From Salisapilia sapeloensis CBS 127946 (lineage: Eukaryota; Protista; Oomycota), in contig JAADVB010000151.1 of the NCBI GenBank assembly GCA_023334545.1, positions 1 through 47,037 of the forward strand: DNA of 47,037 nucleotides, written 5' to 3'. Under the pieces are notes generated by a model, which did not search any database, was not told the origin of the DNA, and saw only the letters and a program-made list of their open reading frames with translations. Of this stretch, positions 39,730 through 47,037 are shown piece after piece (the stretch's first letter is position 1; each line of letters starts with the position of its first letter). Made by a program: the position numbers and the translations under genes.

Positions 39730-41927
39730 ATGCGAATACGTCCAATAATTGGAAGACGAAGACCGACGATACATGCATTGTTGCTATGCATACTCGCTCT
39801 TCCTCATGCTAGCGTAGGGGAATACAGTGGTGCATTTCTTCGGCAGGATGCTGTTCTGCTGCTATCCCAGCCTTCTCGACGTCTATCATCTTCGACGGCC
39901 AGTTATAGCATTTGGTTCTACATGATCGTCGGAGCTTTATTGCTTACTTGCTTAGTCTACAACTTCTTCTTTAAACGACGGGTGCAAGCAACGATGGACC
40001 AGCAGCGAGGTCTGCCAGATACCATGCTACGCCAGGACGTCATCGCTAGGTACATTTGGTCACTCCGCACCCATTTCGTATACTAAACTGTCCGCATTCC
40101 ATAGTGATCAGGAGATTAACCGTCTATGGGAGTGTGACGTCTGCTACTTTAAAAGCTATGATGCCCATCAGACGTGTATGTTATGTGGGACTGACCGATC
40201 TTTCCAACTGCTCGAGACTAGTCGAGCGTCTTTAGAACTGCCCCGTCGGTCTTCAGCAATAAGTGCTTCATCCACGACAAGTTCATCGGAAAAATACATG
40301 ATGTACACATCCGAAACACCGACTACCAAGTCACGCGTCCGGTCTGCTCGTCGCTCCGGTCCTTTAAAATTCAGTCGGGAGTTTTTGAAACGAAAATTAC
40401 GCAGTCTTAGCCTTCGTCAGCAGTCCGCACGTCGACGTCACGAATGGACGAGGGAGAAGAATGATGAAGGACAGCTCGTGTGGGTCCGTCGGAAGCGTCA
40501 TTTAGATCGCGTAGAGCTCCAGCGCTTGCGTAGTCACTCGAGCTCTTCCCTTAGTTCCATCGCGAGCGTTAATTCCATCGGTCTTGTCTCTCGTATCGTT
40601 TTATCGCCTACCAATCCAACAGGTCGTATTGAAATCGAAGCACCAGAAGGTGCCATCGCAACGCGTCGAGCTTCCGACTCGCAGTTTCCACCGAATGAAT
40701 TAGAAGATGTGGCGAAACTGACATTCCAACAGAAACACGCGTGGTTCGTGCAGCATACAGCAACATTGGAAGTACCGTGGGAGTACGGTCACTTGCTCCT
40801 GGAGATCGATCGAGATAACCTTTTGCATAACTCGTGTGAGCAGCTTTTGTGGGCAACGTCTGAGCAGTTGCATCAATCGTTGCGCATTAAATTTGCGAAT
40901 GAACCTGGTGTCGATGCTGGTGGGTTAGTACGCGAGTGGTTTACACTTATGACGAAAGAAGTGTTTGACGACACGACCGGACTGTTCTGTACTTGTAGCA
41001 ACGGAGGTGCATATACGATCAACTCGGCGTCAAGCGAAGCAAGTGTCGATCATCTCATGTACTTCCAAGCCATCGGGCGATTCATTGGTCGAGCACTCTT
41101 TGAAGGTACATTAATCGACGCTCACTTGGCACTCCCTTTGTGTAAACATATCCTCGGCATCCCGATTACATTCTCCGATCTTCAGTTTGTCGATTATGAG
41201 CTGTATAAGAATTTAAAATGGCTGCGAGATAATGATAACGTCGAGTCCCTCGCACTCGACTTTACAATATCGAATGAACATTCGATCGACAAGTCCAAAG
41301 TGGTCGAATTGATACCGGACGGAGCGCAAGTACCGGTGACAGACGCGAATAAGCAGCAGTTTATCGATTTGCGATTCCAACATGCTGTTGCGACTGGCAT
41401 GTCGACGCAACTCGCATCATTCGTACAGGGAGTGTATGCAGTCGTACCAAAGGAATTGCTGTCGGTCTTTGATCATCAAGAGCTTGAGCTACTGATTTGT
41501 GGCATCCCGGAGATTGACGTCCAGGACTGGAGAATGAACACGGTATATGTGGGCGAGTACAATGACCTGGTGGCTGCTTGGTTCTGGAAAACGGTCGAAG
41601 GGTTCTCGAACGAGCAACGTGCGAGACTATTGCAGTTCACGACTGGATCGGCGCGAGTACCTGTTCAAGGGTTCAAGGCATTGACCATGAACGACGGTCG
41701 CATTTGTCCGTTTGCCATCCAATTCGTCGACACGAAGGAATGTTACTACCCACGAGCACATACTTGCTTCAATCGGTATGACTATGTATTTAAATGGAAG
41801 ACTGGTGTATTTGGTATTAATGATGAGCTTTAGGGTGGACCTCCCGACGTACGAGACGGAAAGGGACCTGCGAATGGCGTTGAACCTCGTAGTTCAAATG
41901 GAAGTGACTGGCTTTACGATCGAATAA
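39730..41927 (+). CDS. Membrane-anchored HECT E3 ubiquitin ligase with an NZF/RanBP2-like finger (3 exons, about 694 aa)
   Basis: Introns 40050-40104 and 41776-41833 are in frame. Order: signal-like N-terminus, TM (IWFYMIVGALLLTCLVYNFFF-KRR), WECDVC-x10-CMLC, then HECT (GVDAGGLVREWF, LLQFTTGS.RVP, catalytic RAHTCFNR.DLP, GFTIE* end). Confidence 0.93.
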
Positions 41928-42434
41928 GCGATAGTCATCAGTACAATATATGTTTGAAAAGTGAAGTAGATGAAGAAGAGGCTTCAAGTCGTTTGTGTAA
42001 AGTCTATATACGATGAATTGGCTTCGAGGTATAGCGCAGTGGATGTAAAGGCATTGATGCCGATATTTGACATGCGCCCAGTAAAGATATCAAGTCCTGT
42101 ACCTTTAGACTAAGACATCCTTCATAAAATAAACTCATGTCCAAAGCCAGCATCAGAAGTATAAAAGACCTTGCACTTGGAAACCTAGAAACAACTTTGA
42201 TTTGGATCATCATGCTTCGAGATAGAAGGTTACTTGAAGATACAGATCTACTAAAGCTGACTTATGGATTCAGACTGTGATTTACGAAAGTGATTTATGT
42301 ATCGAATAGAAGCTTTGAGCACGAACAATACGCTGGAAATCTAAGACAGATTAAGCAAACTTCAGTATCCTTTATATACCTTTAAGAGGCGTATATGTAT
42401 GCGCAATCAGATACGGCTACATGTACTTCATCCT

Positions 42435-42450
42435 GCTCATTCCTCTTTTT
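42435..42450 (+). promoter_or_regulatory. INR(+degenerate FPR) core promoter of the Tam gene
   Basis: GCTCATTCC-TCTTTTT is one mismatch from GCTCATTYYNCAWTTT and ends 16 nt before the ATG at 42467. Confidence 0.5.
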
Positions 42451-42466
42451 GAGCTCTACTAAAGCA

Positions 42467-43382
42467 ATGCAACAAGATCACTCACTAGCCACGCAGACGT
42501 GGAACCCCAAAAGCTACTTGACTTTTGAACGAAATCGAATCCGTCCTGCACTAGATTTGTTGGGCCAAGTTACCACTCTGCCCGGGGAATCTACTTCACG
42601 ACCGATCCAGATCGTCGATGTTGGAGCTGGCACTGGCAACATGGTCCCAGCATTCTTGTACCTTTGTTTTGACTGTGCACATGTAAGCCATTTTCTAACG
42701 ATGCATTAGGAACCGCTGGCCGGATGCCCAAGTCGAACTTGTGGACTCATCAAAGCACATGCTGACCCAAGCCAAGCAGAATCATCAAGTACATGATGAA
42801 GTGGATACTTCACGCTGTAAGTACACGCAACAAGACTTTGAGTCCTATAGTCCTTCAGAACCTCTGGACTTGATCTTCTCGAACGCAGCTCTACAGTGGG
42901 TTGATGGAGACCGTCAAGATCAGCTCATCCGACGCCTCTACTCATTCCTTCAACCCGGCGGGACCCTTGCTATTCAAATCCCGGACCTACGAGCCATGCC
43001 GCTATACCGCTTAATGCGTAAAGCTGCTGAAAAGCTCGGGTTTACAAATCGCATCGAAAACGTACGAGACGTCAGTGTCGAGCAAGACCCTCCTCACTTT
43101 TACGAACTCCTGCGTCAAATGGATGCGGATGCGGAGATTGACATGTGGGTATCGACATACTGTCATGTCATGCACGGCGACAACCCAGTCGGCGACTTCA
43201 TCTCTTCCACTGGTCTCGGTCCGTACCTGGAACAACTCGGCGGTCGAGACTCAGAAGACAGCAAGACGTATGAACGAGTGTATCGAGATATGCTGCTCGA
43301 GGCCTATCCGAAGCAAAGTGATGGCAGTACCATCTTCAACATGACTCGCTTCTTCCTCGTCGCCAAGAAACCAAAATTATAA
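42467..43382 (+). CDS. tam: Trans-aconitate 2-methyltransferase (bacterial Tam-type SAM-dependent MTase), about 287 aa
   Basis: WNPKSYLTF...R.RPALDLL, VDVGAGTGN, RWPDA...VDSS..ML, LDLIFSNAALQWV, PGGTLAIQIPD and F...RFFLVA follow the Tam family pattern. A 52-bp intron lies at 42658-42709. Confidence 0.85.
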
Positions 43383-43418
43383 AAACATTTTAAAATGTTC
43401 ATTTGCATTCGCTTTTGC

Positions 43419-45289
43419 TTATAGTGTCGTCCCCTTCTTCGCCCACACACAGAGCTTTCCATAAAAGTCCGGTGAAACAACCGTCGGATCATACGGATGC
43501 CAACGTACGTCTCGCGTAACACCTCGTGTACGCATCGAAAACGCTTCCACAAGTTCTCCCGTGACGGTATCGAAAAAGTAGACACGGCCATCTGCAGAAC
43601 CAGTGTAGACGTACTTTTGCGCCGTCGTGTGCAGCGGTGAAAAGTGGCATCGAATTAGCGTTTCCATCACCATGTGACCTCTGTACGTCATCACCGACAC
43701 ATCGTTCGGATGAGGTGTCGGTGCATCCATCAAGCCAGGATATGGTTCGAAGCGGTAATCCCACAAGTACGGCTTTCGGAAGGATGGAAGCTCTGCATGT
43801 TTCTCAGCAGACATACACTTTCGAATATCCCATAGCCGACAGCTCTGATCTTTCGAGTTCGAGATAAAGTAATGCCCATCATCTCTTGCTGAAATGTACG
43901 TGAGTCCATCCGTATGGCCTGGGAACACTCCTTGTGGCCTCGGATCCGCAGTCGAAATCACTCGACGGTCCCACATTTTGATCAGTCCATCGTCCGAGCC
44001 ACTGACAAAGACATTCGAGTGCAATGGACCATCGACAAAGGCAATAGCGTTGACGTCATCGTTATGTCCTTCTGCATGGCACAATACCGTCCGCTTCTCC
44101 AGGTCGTACAAGACGACACTGTTGCGAGTGGTACCAGCAATAAGCTCCGTGCCCGAATAGTTCATCCCAAAGCTCCAAATGCCAAAGTTTGCTCGATGCA
44201 TGTGCCTCCCATGTCCTACCTGCACTCGATCTCCCATGGACAAGTCGAACGCGACTTCATTCGCAGGTTCCTCATCCTCTCGCGCATCCACCATACGCAA
44301 AGTGCTGTTGATGGTCGAGTACAAGACTTTCGAGTCGTCTGGTGTGAACTTAGCATCCGTCACTGTCCAGCGAATGTCATTCACCGGTAGCTCTGCTACA
44401 GATTCCCATGTCGTGGAGTCGTACAAGGTAATGTCATCTCGTTGGCCAGCCGTGAGGAAACGGGAACCAGTGCTATTGAATCCGCCGCAGTAGAGTCGAT
44501 CGTCGTGCTCATCAACGACACGACAGTGTTTATTTTCCTGGAACGGCATGAACGCTTCATGCATCTGAATCGCCTGTGCTTTTGTGCTCCGACCGAGTTG
44601 CTCGCGTTGCAAGAGAGACGTATGAAGACGCTGGTTGTGGCGATAGCGTCCATGCAGCAAGAGAGCAGCACCGCTGTCCATGTTATACCCTTGAAGCTGC
44701 TGTGCAATTCGTTGCTGTGGCATTAGTTCTTCTTGTTTTCGTTCATGAGAGCTTTTGATGAAAAGCATCGGTATGAGCTGTTCATTGGCAGAGGCTCCTG
44801 TGAAGATACGACGAATCGACGCGAGGACATGCGCCGGAAGCATTTCTTCCGGATTCGGAAGCCGCCTCACGTGGTGCATTGGTTCCTATTACATGTTTTT
44901 TAAGTTTCAAAGTACGTAATAGATGAAGAGGAGGAAGAAATAGATCGAATCATGCGCTTGCAAAGTACTAGACTTGCATGATAATAGACGTTTTGACATG
45001 CATTATTGTCATGATGTACATATTGTAGATAGAATAGGAGGTAGAAACGTACACCGTTTGAATCATTTGGTTCTTCATCATCGCTGTGGTCGGCGCGATA
45101 GAGGAAATAGAGTCCTTGGTCTTCTTCATCTTCGTCCATCTCACTGTCTTCGTTCTCATACCTACCTTCCGGCATCCAATCTCCATCTGAATCATACTCG
45201 GATTCAGAGCTTTCACCACCCACCACATCTTGCCAAATCGCCCTCCCAACACCAGCTGAGTCGATTTGATGCTCTTCCTCGGAGCTCAT
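43419..45289 (-). CDS. DCAF11: DDB1-CUL4-associated WD40 protein DCAF11/WDR23/LEC14B
   Basis: WD40 repeats with WDxR motifs (SGSDDGLIKMWDRR, SNSKDQSCRLWDIRK), TYRGH.V.ETLIRCHFSP and YTGSADGRVY. The acidic first exon starts at 45289; the junction near 44.9-45.05 kb is uncertain. Confidence 0.9.
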
Positions 45290-45454
45290 CTCGAGATATA
45301 GACCTCTTCCTAGTAGACCTCCAGATGATGACGTATTCCATCTTGAACTACTTTATCAAGATGTCCCAATTTGAGCATACATCCAGTAACTTGAACTTTG
45401 TATGGGAAGATCTTCGGAAGAGCTCTTAAAGATAGTGGGAGAATCGGAGACGTG

Positions 45455-46792
45455 ATGTCCTCGACCCCAGCGCATGTAGCCTTCTTCGTCTTCGTCCTCA
45501 TTGGCATCGGATCGAACCTACCATGGAATGTCTTCATCACGGCCCAAGGATACTTTAAGCAACGCCTGATCAACACTGTGTATGAAGAAACGTTCCTCAA
45601 TTGGTTCTCCATCGGATATAACCTCACGACACTTGTGACGATGTTAATACGCACCGTGTGCATTGGAGATCGGATCCCTAGTGCCGTTAAAACTGTCTTT
45701 GCTTCCCTCGTTGTTATCATGACTGTTATCTTTGGCCATTGCCAGCTCACGCAAGTCCCGGAATACACGGGAGCTCCCTTCTTCAACGTCACCATGGCGA
45801 GTATTGTGCTGGTTGCGGCGGCGTCCACACTAATGCAAGATGGGACGCTGCGGATTGTTGCTAAATTCCCCTCCAAATACACTCAGGCCGTCATGATCGG
45901 TCAGTCGATCGCTGGCTTCGCTGTCGCCGTATCCAACTTTATCATCTTGTTGGCAGAGAAAGAGGAAGATGCACTCTTCATGCTGGATAGACTCGCGGCA
46001 GATGCCAACTTAGAGGCTTTTACCTACTTTCTCATGGTCTTCCTTACCCTTGTTGTATGCACATTGAGCTTCATCTTTATGATACGCATGCCGCTATTCA
46101 AACACTACAACGAGCCGAATCCAGACGACAAGTACATTGACGATGAACGCATCGCCATGGATGATGAAGATGGTGCGGCGGAAAAGTTGCTGAGTGGAGA
46201 GGAAACGGACATTACGATGGTAGACTCGCCTCAAACGTCCGATCCAGAACCAGATTTCGTGGTCATCATGTACAAAGCTCGATACTATGCAGCAACACTA
46301 TTCCTCGTCTTTTTAGTGACTATGGGCCTCTTCCCAGCCATCACATCCGCCATCAAGTCGGTGAATCCTGGTCGAGGCAAATTCTTCCGAGACTACTTTA
46401 CACCATCTTCGCTTGTTTTGCTCAATTTTGGTGACTTTATCGGACGTATGGTGGCTAGTATGCTGCCTCGTATCACCTCCAAGCAGCAATTCGCCACTGG
46501 ATTGGCACGATTGCTCTTCATCCCGCTGATGATGCTCTGTAATGTCCAAAATGAGCATGGACAAGTGATCACGCACGTCGTCTTCCGCAATGATCTCTTC
46601 CCGTTCTTTTTCCTATTGGCGATGGCAATTTCCAATGGCCTGCTCTGCACAGTTGCACTCATGGATTATCCTCGCAAGCTACATACTGCCGCGGAAAAGG
46701 ATTTAGGCGGTACCGTCATGTTCTTCGTACTATGCTCTGGATTGTCTTCAGGTTCACTAGCGTCATTTGCGTTGCGAGCGATGTTGGGATAA
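45455..46792 (+). CDS. Equilibrative nucleoside transporter (SLC29/ENT family), intronless
   Basis: About 11 hydrophobic segments with GIGSNLPWNVFITA..YF, AVMIGQSIAG, LFPAITS, NFGDFIGR and SNGLLCT. First in-frame ATG is at 45455. Confidence 0.93.
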   Translation: MSSTPAHVAFFVFVLIGIGSNLPWNVFITAQGYFKQRLINTVYEETFLNWFSIGYNLTTLVTMLIRTVCIGDRIPSAVKTVFASLVVIMTVIFGHCQLTQVPEYTGAPFFNVTMASIVLVAAASTLMQDGTLRIVAKFPSKYTQAVMIGQSIAGFAVAVSNFIILLAEKEEDALFMLDRLAADANLEAFTYFLMVFLTLVVCTLSFIFMIRMPLFKHYNEPNPDDKYIDDERIAMDDEDGAAEKLLSGEETDITMVDSPQTSDPEPDFVVIMYKARYYAATLFLVFLVTMGLFPAITSAIKSVNPGRGKFFRDYFTPSSLVLLNFGDFIGRMVASMLPRITSKQQFATGLARLLFIPLMMLCNVQNEHGQVITHVVFRNDLFPFFFLLAMAISNGLLCTVALMDYPRKLHTAAEKDLGGTVMFFVLCSGLSSGSLASFALRAMLG

Positions 46793-46917
46793 CAAATAAA
46801 ACAAGAATGGATACAATTGACATCCAACACAGCTTGCAGTCTTTATTATCATCACGTATCTGACCTCCATTAACATGCATCTAAACGCCCAATCAGCAGG
46901 CAGAGAATGGCGGCAAT

Positions 46918-46931
46918 TGACAGCCGTGTCA
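46918..46931. promoter_or_regulatory. Second TGACA-N4-TGTCA dyad, downstream of a CCAAT box
   Basis: TGACA-GCCG-TGTCA, with a CCAATCA box about 25 nt upstream and a candidate + strand ATG at 47001. Confidence 0.3.
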
Positions 46932-47037
46932 CCGACTTTTGAAGTGTCGGTAAAGTAGCGCAAACTGGTGCTTCGAGGATAGCAGCTTCATTCGGACGAA
47001 ATGGACGGGCAGGATCAGTGCAATGGGGACAAGACGC

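Noticed and set aside
39780-39900. RRLSS after the HECT signal peptide as an RxLR effector motif
   Set aside because: It does not match R-x-L-R, there is no dEER, and a TM segment follows.
46793-47037. Possible gene at the right edge (minus-strand C-terminus, or + strand ATG at 47001)
   Set aside because: Several frames are open and the sequence is truncated, so it cannot be resolved within this window.
1-47037. tRNA, rRNA, snRNA, CRISPR arrays, transposases, LTRs
   Set aside because: None was recognised by eye. GGTTCGA-like words fall inside coding exons. tRNAscan-SE, Infernal and RepeatModeler would be needed to exclude them fully.

Overview
Eukaryotic genomic DNA, most likely from a flagellate oomycete or related pseudofungus. 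This is inferred from a START-like+FYVE gene, a membrane-anchored HECT ligase, a TOS1-like secreted protein, INR/FPR promoter motifs and a dynein docking-complex gene; the genus cannot be determined. The window is very gene-dense, with about 20 protein-coding genes, short GT-AG introns (mostly 48-92 bp) and several intergenic gaps of only 36-170 bp. In order: START/FYVE protein (-), POP1 (+), class I sirtuin (-), ODAD1/ODA-DC2-like (+), secreted LPMO-like + TOS1/GH16-like fusion (+), FAM210/DUF1279 (+), Pro/Gly-repeat-C2-EF-hand protein (+), INTS1 (+), PIG-F (-), a tentative spliced orphan (+), a 266-aa hypothetical (-), PET117 (+), a 1462-aa orphan (-), clathrin heavy chain (-), nicotinamidase/isochorismatase-family hydrolase (-), TM-NZF-HECT E3 ligase (+), Tam-type methyltransferase (+), DCAF11/LEC14B (-) and an ENT nucleoside transporter (+). 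I found no rRNA, tRNA, CRISPR array or recognisable transposon. The most interesting candidate is the secreted protein at 11185-13167, which joins a His1 LPMO-like domain to a TOS1-like domain with an intact GH16-type ExDxxE motif. All gene models and family calls were made by eye from sequence and recalled motifs; no database searches were run.
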